Below, piece after piece: positions 23,110 through 36,382 of a stretch of 64,000 bases of DNA (its first letter is position 1; each line of letters opens with the position of its first letter). The position numbers and the translations under genes were made by a program. Where the stretch lies: the NCBI GenBank assembly GCA_001724265.1, contig MEDY01000131.1, positions 1 to 64,000 of the forward strand, written 5' to 3'. Source of the stretch: Rhizaria sp. SCN 62-66. Taxonomy: Eukaryota. The notes beneath the pieces were generated by a model. That model was not told the DNA's origin and did no database searches. It was given only the letters and a program-made list of their open reading frames with translations.

Positions 23110-26100
23110 TTAACGTCGTCCCGGTTTGAGCTCACGCACCACGATACGCCGCCACTCCTCGCTCTCACCGGCCACGTTACCGTCAGCAGCGCGCGCTTTG
23201 CCGACGAAGTGCTTCAGTGCTGTGAGGGCCCACGCAGCACCAGAGCTGAGATTGTCACGCGTTGTGATTGAACCAACCACAAGTACACCACTCTTCCCGT
23301 TGTTATTACCCTTATCCCAGTCATCAGCGAAGAGCAAGGGCGGTGTAAAGTCGCACGGGGTCGTCAGCAGCAACTTATGTTTCGCTGCGTCCTCGCCATC
23401 TTGCGCAGTGTTGATTCCGCTGGCGTTGTCTGTGATGACGCCCGAGTTGGCGCGGGCAGCGTCGGTCTGTGCACGAGGACCCGCTGCGTCTTGCAGCACG
23501 TCAGCAGCAAGAGAACACGTGAAAGCGATAAAAGTAAAGCCGTCTCCGCTACCACCAGTGGAGTTGCCGCTGTCGTTGTTGTTGCTTGGGCCAGTGCGTG
23601 TCGCGAGGGCTGAGTTAAGACTGTGCTCATGCAACGCGCTAGGCGGATTAAGTTCCGCAAAGCCCGCCGCATCAGGCACCACACTATTCTCATTGCTCGC
23701 ACTCACATTGGTATTAGACTTGCCATTGTTGTTCGTGGTTCCGATAAACAGGTGGTCGAAAATGATTTGTGGGTCTTTCGCACGGCAGGCGCCGACCCAG
23801 TCAGCGTAACAACTGCGCAGCGCCGGCACAGAGGCGCGCGTACGGAAGATGATGTAACGCGTGGTCACGTTCACGTGGGGCGACTCTGACACGCGCATCG
23901 ATAAACCGGAAGAAAGCACTGCAGCGTGGGTTGCGCGTAATGCCGCCGCAGCGGTCTTTGCGCGCTCCAATAGCTCCTCAGTACTGACGTTCTCGTCGCC
24001 AGCCCCGCCACTGTTGCTACCATCACTCTTCTCCTGTCCAGGGCCACCAGCGTTGTTGTTGTCGTTGCCCCACGCGTCAGCGGCAAGGATCGCCTCCTCC
24101 AAAGTTAAGCCGCGCCTGCGGGCCTCTGCGCGCGCGGCCACCCGTGCGTACCCGACACGCATGGCGTCGGTGCGCTGGAAATGCCGTGTGTACGCAAAGC
24201 TGTGCGCGCCGCCAGCCGCAATCTCGCAGATATCCTCGCCCAAGAGGTCTTCTAAGAGGACTGGCAGAGGGGCGTGGTCGAGTGAGCCGGTGCCGAGCTG
24301 CCCGCGGTCGCCCTGCCCCCAGGCGAACACCTCTTTGTCGCGGGACAGCGCGAGACAGTGATGAGAGCCCGCAGCCACCTGGGTGATGCGCACGCCGCGG
24401 CGCGTAAGAGCGTCGACGGGCTTAGCGAGGGCGGTGTTGTGGGCCGGGAGGTGGCCAAGCTGGCCGTGGCTGCCGAACCCAAACGTGTACACTAGAATGA
24501 AACAATGCGGATGTAAACTGATATGGTTAGATTTCGTTGTGAAGCGTCGTATGATCAACACTTAAGTTGTGATACACAGGTGAGAACAGTTTACACCACG
24601 CGTATCATCAATTTTATCAAAAAACATACCTGTTCCGGACTTGGTGAGGCAGACTGTGTGTCGGTCGCCGCAGACCACCTGAATGACACAGTCATCAGCC
24701 CTCGCAACTGCCAGCACGGCGTTGGAGCCGTCGGCAGCAGAGCTATGGTTGTCGTCAGAAGCGGCCGCGGCGAGTTCACTGATATCGACAGCGAAACCCC
24801 CCCATTGCGCCTGCGTCTGCGCCTGCGTCTGTGAGTGCGCCTGCGAGTGCTGTGAAAGGGACGGCGGCTGCGACGGCGACTGCGGCTGCTGCAGAGGCAG
24901 TCCACGCGCGTCCGCGCCCGCGCTCGCCAGGCCAAGCACCGGCGACGGCAGCGACGCGTGGCTGTACTGGCCGGTGCCAAGCTGGCCGTAGTCGCCCTGG
25001 CCCCAGGCCCAGAGACCGCGACCGTTGCTTGAGACGGCAACGGTGTGGAACGCACCTGCTGCAACGGATTTCACGAAAACCTACAATACATTAGAGCACA
25101 AAAACAAGAAGATCTCGAAAACAATATGAATAAGGTGTGATGTTTTGATATACGCATACAAATTCAGTTTTACACGGAATAATAGCTTGCTCGTGCGCAT
25201 ATGTGTACCTTTTGGCGGATGAGCTCATCGACACGACGCGGCTCCGACACATCCTCACCAGAGGCTCCGTGCCCCAGCTGACCAAAGTTATTATGCCGGC
25301 CGCCGCCACCAAAGGTGAAAACCTCGCCCAGCGCAGTGCCGATGACGGTGTGCCACGTGCCACAGGCGACTGAAACGACGCGGCGCAGCGCGGCCGGAAC
25401 GGGTAAGAGAGCGCCCTGTAGCGTGGGCAGCGGAACAGAAGACCGGGACAGAGCCGTGACAACCTGATAGTTGCCGCCGCCGGCAACGAAGGCTGCGACA
25501 GCGCTCGCGTCAGTCGTGCTTTTGTCGCCGTTGCTGCTGGCTAAGCGTTTATGCGCGCTTTCGACGGCCCAGTGATAGGGATTGTACCGCGTCACCGCGT
25601 TGCTACTGCTGGGTACAACGGAGGCAGCGATGGCGGCTTCGACTGCAGCGGCCGCAGCAGCAGCCTGCGCAGCCGCAGCCGCACGCGATTGCGCCACAAA
25701 CACATCGCCAATCGCAGCGTCGCTGCCACCGTAACCAAGACGAGATGATGACGAGGATGCGGCGTGGTCCGGGGTGCCCGCGCCGGAAGCTAAGCCGCTG
25801 CGGCCTAACTTCCCGTGCAGCGTGCCACCCCAAGTGACGATATCGCCAGAGTCCAGCAGCGCGACGTTATGCAAATCGCTTACCGCAATGCCAACCACGC
25901 GCAAACCCTCCGCGATCCCGCTAGCGTGGGCGGTCACGTTGGACGTTGAGGAAAGCGCTGGGAGTTGCTTGAATGCAGACTGGTCGGTGGTTAACGGCAG
26001 GCCGAGCACGCCTGAGCGCCAGGAACCGGCTGCGTGGACCGCGCCGTCGGTCGTAAGCGCGACAGTGTGTGCGAGACCGGCGCCCAGTTGGGCCACGGGT

Positions 26101-27368
26101 GCGCAACGCGGCGTACGCATGAGCATGGGTACGCGGACCACGCGGCCCCCCGCATTACTGCTATGGCCGCCAGACGACGACCCACTCGGCGTCGTCGGCA
26201 CCGAGCCAGAGACAGCGTTGCCGCTGCCATGGCTGTGACCCTGGTTGTGGCTCTGGCCGCTGTTGGCGGCTGCTGCGGCTGCGAGAGCCGTCGAAGTGAC
26301 CGTGAGCTCGGTATTGTTGTTGCTGCCCCAGACCCAGGTTCGGTGCATGCCTTGTCCCCCGCGGTTGTCATTGAGCCGCAGCGCAGTCGTCATTTCTGCC
26401 AGTGCGGCCGCTGCGGCGGCGGTTTGCAGCGCAGCGCCGGTCAAAACGGCACCCTCCGCAGTGTCCGCGCCCGTCGAGCTTGCGTTGGTGGTGGTGGTGG
26501 TGCTGCTGCTGCTGCTGCTGCTTTCCAGCTGTGCAAAGCGGGGGTCTAGCGGGGACAGCGCCACCGGCAGCAACGGCAACTGCGGGGCGCGGGTCGCCGT
26601 GGCAGTCGCAACAGCCCCGGGCGACTGCGGCAGACCGGCGTGGCCGGGGGGGTTGACGGGAACTGCGAGCACGGCCCCGCCCGCAGTCACAGCGGGCGCT
26701 GCGGTTAGGCGCGAGTCGTACAAGTAACCGGTCGAAAACGGCACTGCACTAGAGCTCACGTCGACACTCGCACCAGTCGCATTGTTTGCGGGTGTGCTGT
26801 TGTTTGCGAGGCCTGGTGAGGGGTTGCGACGGGGACTGGGGCTGCCGCGGCTGTGGCCATGGCCAACGCTAGTGGCGGCCACAGACGATGATGATACAAC
26901 GCCCGTTGCACTTGAGTGGGTGGGGACTGTGCCGTATGGGCCCGGTGACTGTGAGTGCCTGCGCGGGGCCGCGCCCAGTGCGCTCGTAGCATCACCAGCA
27001 GCAGTGTTGGAGCTGGAGGTTGTGGTTAGTGCTGTCAGCACGTCGAAAGGGGCCGGGAAGAGCGAGACGAGGGGCACAAACGCGCCGTGCGAGCTGCGGG
27101 AGTCGAAGTAGCGCACGTCGTGCACCGTGCCGTCGTGCGTGCCGTGGGGGCCATCGTACTCAACGCCGATCTGTGTCGACGACCCAGCAAGAGCGGGGGG
27201 CAAGGGAAACTTGACGCGGCCGACGAAACGCACGGTCGCCGCGTAGACGCCGTCGACCCACACACGCATGCCAGGGCCGATGTCTTTGACGTTGGAAAAG
27301 GGCTGTGGTGCGGGGGGAAGCGCGGGCAGAGCCGCGGGGGCCGCCAGGAAGGTCGAGGTGGAAGACAT
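23110..27368 (-). CDS. CAP-Gly domain + RCC1-repeat beta-propeller protein (~1330 aa)
   Basis: Exons 27368-25209, 25080-24630, 24491-23110; introns 25208-25081 (GTACAC...GTAG) and 24629-24492 (GTATGT...CTAG). CAP-Gly: ATVRFVG...IGVEYDGPHGTHDGTVHDVRYF...HGAFVP. RCC1 blades: LGAGLAHT, VACGTWHT...FGQLGHG, VAAGAFHT...WGQGDYGQLG, VCGDRHT...FGFGSHGQLG, VAAGSHH...WGQGDRGQLG, IAAGGAHS; stop TAA. Confidence 0.88.
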
Positions 27369-27898
27369 GTGTCTTCAGCTCAACGGCTACTTTTTCCAAC
27401 AAGGGAGTTCGCAGGTGAGATGTGCGAGTAGAAAGACCTAAAAAGAAAAGAAGAGCAGATATAAGCGGGGGTTAGTGGAGCTTGGCGGACTTTCAAATTG
27501 ACGATGGGGTTATGTCACACCAGCGGTGTTTTCGAAGTCGCTTTGGCTTGCTCTTTGTCTCTGCTGTCTTCTCCACGAGTGACCGTGGGCAGCGGTATTG
27601 GTGACTGTGAGCAGCAGACGGAGGCAAAGACAGCATCTGACTGGCCAGAATCTCGGAAATCAGCCCCGAACTTGTGCCCTAACGCACGTCATGCTCGACT
27701 CAGGGGCCTATATTATGAAATATTCATGTCGTTTTTCATCCTTATCTAAACTCCCTGTCTTACACGGTGCCGTCTCTGCTGTGTTCTCACTGTCTCTTTG
27801 TCGCACTCCTGCCCGTCTTTTCGCCCCACATTTCCGTCCCTTGCCTCCGCTGTACTCTGCATCATCCCTGCTTCACTACACGCCATCAGAGGGCTTGC

Positions 27899-30800
27899 AT
27901 GGCGTATCTGGCGCCCTCGACTCTCGGGCGAAAGGGCTCTTTTCTGCGCCACACGCCTCCGGTCCATTTCGGCGACCAAATCCGTCTCTGGGTTGTGTCA
28001 ATCGCCAACACCGCAGTCTCCGACGAGCACGGTGGCTACCTCTCCGTCAACCGCGAGGCGTCCTCGGGCGCGCGTTTCTCCGTCTCCCCGATCAACCAGC
28101 TCCACGCCACGCTCGACGAGCCCTGTACGTTTACCGTGCGCCACCCCACGCTGGCCGACGTCCGCGCCCCCGTGCGCTACGGCGAGCTCGTGCACCTTTC
28201 GCTCGACGCCGATCCCGACGGCGTATGGGCGCCCCTGCTCTCCTCGGGGCTCCTCGGCCCGCGCCACCGCGGGTCGGGCAACGCGGTGGAGATTCTGTTC
28301 CGTTTCCACGCCGGCGTCGAGCCCAAGGATCCTTCCCAGCCTTCAACCCCGCTGCCCGATCTCATTGCAGGGAACGGCGACAACGAGACCAACCCCGACG
28401 CCGCCGCGGCCGCCGCGACCGCCGCTGACCCTGACTCGGTCACCTCGCTCATTATTGACGACCTTGTCGACACCCCCGTCCTCATCGGCGCTCGTAATGT
28501 CCTCCTGGAGGCCGTCCCCGTGCCCGTCCCTGTCGCCAAGCCCGACGCGTCTTCGGCCTCCGGCGCCGTCGTCTCCACCTCGGCCTCGGCGTCGCAGGCC
28601 ACGGCCCTGGCCGCGCTCCCGCTGCGCCGCCGCCTCCTCCGCGCCTTCCAGCCTTTATCAGCGTCTACTTTAGGCGCGGGCGTGTCTATGGACGGCCAGG
28701 GCGTGTTGTTGGGTTTCGGCGTTGCCCTGCCCGCCGCGCGCGTCGCTACAGTCACCCTCGTCCACGGACTCGTCGCCGTCGACGCCTCGCTGTACCCGAG
28801 CCCCGGCAACTCGGATGCCGCCGCCGTGGCCGCTGCTGCCGCCGCCGGTGCCGCCTCTAAGGCCCGTCGCCGCGGCTCCGTCGATGGCGTGGTCAAGGCC
28901 GCCTCCGCCTCGGCCGCCGCCGCCGCCGCCGCCGCGAGCTCCAACCCTGCCGCATTTGGCTCGGCCGCGGGCGCCGCGCCCGGCGAGCGCCGCCTGCGCC
29001 GCATCAACGTCGAGTGCTGGGACCGCGACTTCGTTCTCGCGCGCGGCACCATGCTGCCGCCGTCGACCGCACTCGTCGTGACCGTGCCCGGTGCCGGCAC
29101 CGTGCGCATCCCCGCCTCGTACCTCCCGCCGCCGCCGAGCAACCTCCCGCTGCTCATCTCCGGCGCCGCCAGTGACCGCGGGTTCCCGCAGTACTACCAG
29201 CGGTCGTTCCCGCTCGAGGCGCCCTCGGTGCCGCCGCCCGTCGCCACTGCTGACGGCTCCGTCGCCGCGCCGCCGCAGTCCCCCTCGGTCGGCGTCGCCG
29301 GCACAAGCGGCGACGGGAATAGCCGCGTCGTGGGCTCGATCACGATCCGGTGGACGCGCGTCCCCGTCGCGCCCGTTGCTGTCGACTACAGTCGCCGGAG
29401 TAATATTTCTAACAAGGACTGTGGCGCCAAGGACTCCAAGGACTCCGTCGTCGCCGCTAAGGACGGTTCTGTGTCGCCGTGCGCCCCCGCGTCGACGGCG
29501 TCGTGGCTGGCCTTCATCATCGCCTGCGCGGCCGTGGGCGCCTGTGCTGCCGCGGCCTGGGACCACCCCCACGTGCGCGCCCTCGCCCGCCGCGTCGCGA
29601 CCTCGACCCCCATGCTCACGGTCTCCGGTGCAGACCTCGGCGTGCCCTCAGTCAGAGGCACCGCGCAAGTGCCCGATCTCGCCGCGCTCGTCCGCGCCGT
29701 GGCGGCGTACTTCAACGACGAGCAGAGCATCGCCGACTTCGTCTTCACGCTGTCCTCCGTCTCGATCCCCGCGGTGCTGCTCGTCCTCGTGTCGCTGGTC
29801 GTGAACCGTGCCACAGTGGCGGCGACCCGCCGTGGCGCGACGGTCAGCAAGACCCCGGCGCCGCTGTTCCTGCTGCGCGTCTCCGCGCCGGTCGACCAGG
29901 AAGGCAACCCGCTGTTCGAGCCCATCGACCCTGTGCCCGGTCTCATCACCGCTGAGGCGCAGGCCGAGCTCCGCGAGCGCCAGCTCGCCGCTCTCAACAA
30001 CGACACCAACAACACCGCTCAGGGCACGCTGGAGGGCGGGAATAGCGTCGGCGAGGCCGGTCTGTCGCTGGAGAGACCCCCCGCTGTCTCCGGCATGGCC
30101 CCCATCATCACCAAGGCACCTTCGGTCGGCGCCGGCCCCCACGGACACGGCAACGGCAACAGCAATAGCAACGTGGCCGGCTGCTGCGGGAGCCTGCCCC
30201 ACAGCAACAGCAACCCCCGCGGCTCGGGCTCCATGCCCGGCGTTGAGCGCCGCATGTCCAGTCTGCTCGGCACGTCGATGGCGCCCGCGTTTGAGGTGCC
30301 CACGGCGGCTGAGTATGGCCGGCTCGATGAGCCCCGGCTCATGGTGGCGCAGATCCTTCACGGTATCCGCATGTCCTCGCAAAAGGCGCAGGTACGTTCT
30401 TCAGGCATATCTCCGCTATATCTCACTGTTTAAATACGATATTATAATCGAGTATGTATAGTTGTGTATGGTATGTTTATGGTTGGTTTTTTTTTTATTA
30501 TAAGAGGCTCATACCTTGTCTTGCTTTTATCGTGTTTTGTAACGGACCAACTTTTACGACTTAACTTTAGGAGGCGCTCGCGGAGGGCAAGTACGGCGCG
30601 GACGGCATGCGCGGTCCCGACGACGTCAAGCACACTGTGCCTGCGCTCAACCAGTGGCTCTGCGGTGAGGTCCAGGTCAAGGACTACGCTCCTGCGCTCT
30701 TTGCCAAGATCCGCAACGCACACAACATCAACCAGGTACGGCAAGACCTTAAACTGGCATAGATATCTCGCATATCACTACTAAAGTCTAAGTGGATATT

Positions 30801-32437
30801 CGGTGTTTATATATAAGTACTGTAATTACTATTTTTATCACTCATATATCTCCTCTCACAATCTCTTTTTTGCCAACTCTGTGTTGTTTCCCTTCTTGAT
30901 GCTTAGACTGAGTTTGCGAAGAGTTGGACGTACTCTGCTTCGACCATGCCCGCGCTGGCCCTCGGCGCCGGCCGTTCCGGCTCTCTTTTCCTCAACTCTG
31001 CCGACGGCAAGTTCCTGTTCAAGACCATCACTAAGGACGACATGGCGACTTTGCGCCTTATCCTGCGTGACTACACCACGTACGTGTGCACACAGCCGTC
31101 GCGTCTGATGAAGTTTGTCGGTCTTCACCGTTTCCGCTTCGCCAAGACGGGCGAGACGCGCTACGTCGTTGTCGCTATGAACATCTTCAACATCCCGCGT
31201 CCCCTCGCAGAGCAAGGACTTGCGGTGACCGCCAAGTTTGACCTTAAGGGCCGCAAGCCCAAGAAGGCTCCCGAGCTGCGCCCGCTGGAGCCCAACCGCG
31301 GCGTCTTCAAGGACAACCAGGTACGGCACATTCGCATGTATATCATAACAAAAACTAAAACATATGCTATTTCATGTATGCTTCCTTTAGCATGCCAAGT
31401 TTTTGTCTCAAAATGTGTTCCTATTGTGCTTATATCGTTGCTACTTTGTGTTTTGTTGCTCGTTTTCTTATTCTAGGTTGCCCGTGTGTTCGAGGCGTCC
31501 AGCGCGGTGCGCGACACGCTGATTAACACGATGAAGGCCGACGTTGCGTTCCTCCGTGACCACGATCTCATCGACTACTCGCTTCTTGTCGGTCTCGTCG
31601 AGCCCCAGGTACGTCGTAAGATCACTATTTTCGCGTGAACAGCTAAATATTGATTCGCCTAATCACACATCTTCACGGATCTGTTTTGTTTATCTTGATG
31701 ATTCAATGCAATACTATGATTGATACCTGCACATTTCCGTTCTATTTACGCTCACATCAAGTCTCTCCTTGCGATTGCTTTTTATCACCGCCCAGGCCCC
31801 CGCGCCTGCTGCCGGCGCCGCCGCTGCCCCCGTGTCGCTGTCTGCTCTTTCCACCATCCGCGAGGTTGCCATCCACACCACCGCCGAGGACTTCGCCACC
31901 CCCAGTGCGTCCCCCGTTGTCCCGGCCCCCGAAGGTCTCCCAGAGATTTACACTGTCGGCATCATCGACTTCCTGTCCCGGTACCAGACGTTCAAGAAGC
32001 AAACGGCGCACTTCTTCAAATCGTTCTTGTGGACTGATGATGAGTTGTCGACGGTCAACAGTGAGTTTTACTCCCGCCGCTTCGAGAACTACCTCGACGT
32101 CATCTTCCCTCCCGCCGACGCCGCCGTCGTCTCCGGCTCCGATGCGGCCGCGCTGCAGCGCTTCGGCATCACCACGGCCACAGTCGCGAAGAGCGGCGCC
32201 GGCGCTCTGGTGCGGACGGCGTCAGGCCGTGCGGTCGTCGTGCTGCCCGAGGGCGTCAAGTCGTCCCCGGCGATGCCCCGTCTGCCCACCCCTGGGACCA
32301 CCGCCGCTGCCGGGTGCGCTGGTGCTGGCGCGGCGACACCGCGCGCGGCGGAGAGGAATCTCGCGGCCGTGACCGCGGCTGCGCAACAGGAGCAGCAGAA
32401 CGGGCTGCCGCCTAAGGCCCCCGTCAAGCAGCAGTAA
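27899..32437 (+). CDS. phosphatidylinositol-phosphate kinase (PIP5K/PIP4K family) with long N-terminal extension and two hydrophobic segments (~1281 aa)
   Basis: Exons 27899-30391, 30571-30735, 30907-31320, 31477-31608, 31796-32437; four phase-0 GTACG introns. Motifs VKDYAPALFAKIR, GAGRSGSLF...DGKFLFKTI, VVVAMNIF, KFDLKGR, VFKD, LIDYSLLVG, YTVGIIDFL, STVNSEFYSRRF; stop TAA. Confidence 0.92.
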
Positions 32438-33185
32438 TGTGCGAGGGCGAGTGCGAGGGAGCGAGGGTGCGAGTGACTGTGAGCAAACGCGAGCTTTCCG
32501 CATTTCAGCGACTGTGGTGATAAGAAGGAGAAAGAATAATGCACGAGAGTTGAGTGGAAGGGAAAGTACTGCCGTGAGCGGTGGCGAATATGCGCCAGTT
32601 TAGTCGTGGACGATGTTGTTTGTTCGTTGTTTTTGATACGTATTGTTGACTTTGAATGTTGTTACTGATGTCATGGTAGGGTTGCTGTGTTTTTCTGTGT
32701 TTTGTGTGTGGTGTGTGGTGTGTAATTTTTTTTCGCCGTCGAAATTGCATAAGCGGAGTGCAGATGTCGTGAGAATGGCTGTTATTATTATCGAGGACTA
32801 GTTTGAATCAGTACACAGTCCTTGTGATAGCTTTGCTGCGATAATGCGGTCTATGTTCGATTGAGTGCTGTTCCGACGTCACTTCGCCTGCTGTCGCAGA
32901 ACCTTGGGGTATGAAGTTTTCACTCGGAAAACGAAAAAAAAATACCAGGTATGCCATGTTTCATGCACATTTGTGAAAAGAGCACTTGTGCTGCTATATA
33001 TAATATACATGAAGTAGCCTCTATTTTATCCTATGAGCTCTGTATCTTGCAATTCCACGCGGACCTGAACTGAAATGCTGAAATGTTAAACTGGTGAAAG
33101 AAAAATTTCGTTTGTGGTCAAAAACAAAAGTAACGACATCAATTATCTGTAATTTTATTCGCGAATAACACTGGTAACAAAATAT

Positions 33186-33215
33186 TATATGTAATATTCC
33201 TATATGTAATATTCC
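33186..33215. repeat. perfect 15-bp tandem duplication (TATATGTAATATTCC x2)
   Basis: Read directly; lies just 3' of the cytochrome b5-domain gene stop. Confidence 0.85.
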
Positions 33216-33224
33216 ATGCAAAGC

Positions 33225-36200
33225 TTACTCTAGTCCGGGAGTGCTCCTGGGCGTGCCATAGAGTGACCGTTGCCCCGCCACAGCTGCTGCCGCGGCCGCC
33301 GTCACTGCGGCCTGCTGCTGCTGAAGCTGATGTTGACGGCGGGCAGGCACGATGATGATTGCTTCCGGGCCGGTCTCATACGTGCTCACAGTCATATCGT
33401 TGTTACTTTGCACGGCAACGCGACTAAAAGCGCCGTGATTATAGTTGTTTGCGCTTCCACTACCGAAGAGCTAATCGCAAATCGACTTGTTCACAGCAGC
33501 ACCAGCGCTCTCGCTCTCATTGGCAGCATTGCCAGCTGCAGTCTCAAGCCCAGGAACCGCATTGCTGTGATCCCCATCATCATCATTGTTGCCGTCATCG
33601 CAGTAGCTGTCGTGACGCTGGGCAGTGGCAGCGGCATCAGTGCCGTGGCCAACGCCCGCGTCGCCCCACGTGTCATCATCAGCGTACAAGGCCGCGATCG
33701 TGATCGCGTCGGCCCCAGTGTCGTCCGCGCTCTCGACATGAATATCACGCTCCTGCTGCTCAACTTGCTGCCGTTGGTGCTGCGCGTCGTGAGCGTGGTG
33801 CGAGGAGTGTGAATGCTGTGGGGCGGTATTGTTCGTCGCGTTGAGCGCGCTGTCGTACACAGTGCACATCGGCGCCGCCGCAGAGTCTGCGAACGCTGAC
33901 TGCGCAAAGATCGAATGCACCGTGTTGATAAAACCAAACAAGCTCTCGCCGCCGTTATGCGCATCATCAGCCGTCGACACAGCCGCAGACTGAGCGTCAG
34001 CCTCAGGGTTTGCCCAGTGACTGCGCACATTGCCGTCGCCATTGCTGCCGTCGCCGTCAGCGTCGGCGTTATTGTCGGTCACAGTAAAGCCAAATGTGAC
34101 CTCACACACACCCTCGTCCTCAACCTCATGCGATTGACTGTGGGCAGTTCCAGGCGCAAAGCCCTGGTTGCCATGAGACTGCGCCTGCGACTGTGCGCGC
34201 GAGAGCGGAACGGGGATGCTGAGCCGCTGGCACAGCCGCGCCAGCGCGCGCCGGCCCGTCGGCGACAGCATCTGGTTGCCGTTGCTCACTCTCGCACTCG
34301 CATCGTTTGTGTTGTTTACATTGGCGTTGTACGCGGGTGTGCGGGCGAAAGCCGGAGTCGTCGCCCTTGAGGCAAATGCCGCAGGGCCAGGCGAGGGGGC
34401 CACGGTCGGCAGCGGCAGCGGCAGCGGTGAACCAAACGGAAGCGGCTGCTGCGTGTGCGCGCTATAAGTGCCACGCGTGGGAGTCTGATGACTGTACGCA
34501 TTTGCATTGCTTTGGCCGTGGCTCTGAGGGCTGCTCGCGCTTGCGCCGCCGCTAGAGTAGTTGAAGATCGACGGAAGCGCGGGTGCCGGTGCAGGCGCGT
34601 ACGTGGGCGCACCGTTTCCGCGAACAGCGGTTGAGCTCGGAGAGACGGCGTCCCCGTTAGGCTTCGACGGCGAAGTGGCCGTCCCCGGTGTGGCGAGCAC
34701 CCGGGAGGCGATGTAAGTGGGCGACCGCGGCGGCTGCGTCTGCCGAGGCGGCGAGCTGAACTGGCCCGCCGAGACGGCACTTATACGCGGTGCCGCACTA
34801 GGGGTAGTTATACTCACTGGGGTACTTACACTCGCAACGCTGGCATTTGCGGTGGGGTTAGTACGGACCGCAACAGGAGAGGAAAAAAGGCCAAACGGCA
34901 CGGGCTTCATGTCAGTGCGCGTTTGCTGCTGTGTCTTCGAGTCGACGTAACACTGCGCCTGGCCCAGCCCCAGTCCCAGTCCCAGGCTCTGACTCTGGCT
35001 GTGGACGTGACCCTGACTGGCAGGGTGACCGTGAGACGCGGCGTGACCGTGGGCGGGGCCCGGTGACTGGAACAGCATGTACGGGTGGTGGCTGAACTCG
35101 GGCGACGCAGACGCGGACGACGCGGACGCTGATGTCGAGGCGACAGCAGCAGCGGGTGTGGACGCAGATGCAAAAGCGGGGCTACTGGGACTGAGATCGC
35201 TCTGCTGTTGCTGATGTTGCTGTTGCTGGTATTGATAAGGACGCTGAGACTGCGGAGTCTGCTGTTGCTGCTGCTGTTGCTGTTGCAACAGAGACAACGG
35301 CGAGCCGGTACCAGGAGCAAACGGGGTAGCATGCATGCCGCTGCTGCTGATACTGCTAATGGAGCTAGCAACGTTCGCATTCGAGCCGCGTTGAGGCGAG
35401 AATGAGACGTTACTACTGATCACAGTCGCCCCATCAACGCTATGTCCGTTACTGTTGTTGTTGTCGCTGCCGCGCACTCGGCGCGCCGGCTGCGGCTGTC
35501 GCACCGACAGCGGCGACCCCCGTTGCAGCCCGTCGCTCACCGCGATTGCACTGGCGCTCGTGGACGCCACTGTAGCTGCAGGACCAGAGAGAGGGCCGGA
35601 TACAGGACCGGAGACTGGCAGTGCGGCGGACACAGAGGCGGGAATGATGGGAAGAGGGATTGTGGAGAGATATCCAAGCACGGGGTGCGCGGAAGGGTTC
35701 TGCGCTGGGTGAGGGGACTGTGGGGTGTAAGTACCCCCGACAACCGTGGCGGACGCATACGCACCCTTAGACGCCGCCGCCGACGACGACAAGGATGCAT
35801 TGATGGGAGTGTTGTTCTTCATGATGGGCCTCGGCGACATGTACGTGAAGCTACTGCGGGGCTTGTACGGAGTATTCGACTCTGCGTTATAAGAGCCCTG
35901 CTGCTGCTGCTGCTGCTGCTGTGCTGTTGCAGAGTTGGCGCCGTGACTCGGCGACCCCACACTCGTGTTGAACGCGCTGACGTCGTGGTGCGCAGTCGAA
36001 ATGCTCGCGTTGGTGGTGGTATTGTTGTTGCTTTTGTTGCTGCGGGAAGTCGCAGCGCTCATCAGTGCGGGTGTCATCCCAGTCGCGCCATGCACAGCAG
36101 CCGCATTGGCAGCATCTGCAGCAGCAGCAAAAGCAGAAGCACTGGCATGAGGCACAGTGACAGAGGCAGTGAACAGTCTACTGGCGCTCGTGTTGAGCCC

Positions 36201-36336
36201 GCGGTCACTGCGCTGCCGCTGCGCACGGTCACGCTCACGGCCACGCTCACGAGCGGCACGGTCCTCGTCGCGTTGGCGCACCATTTCCTGTTCTTGGCGC
36301 AAAACACGCTCATACTTCTGCTCACGGTCACCATCA

Positions 36337-36382
<46 letters not shown>

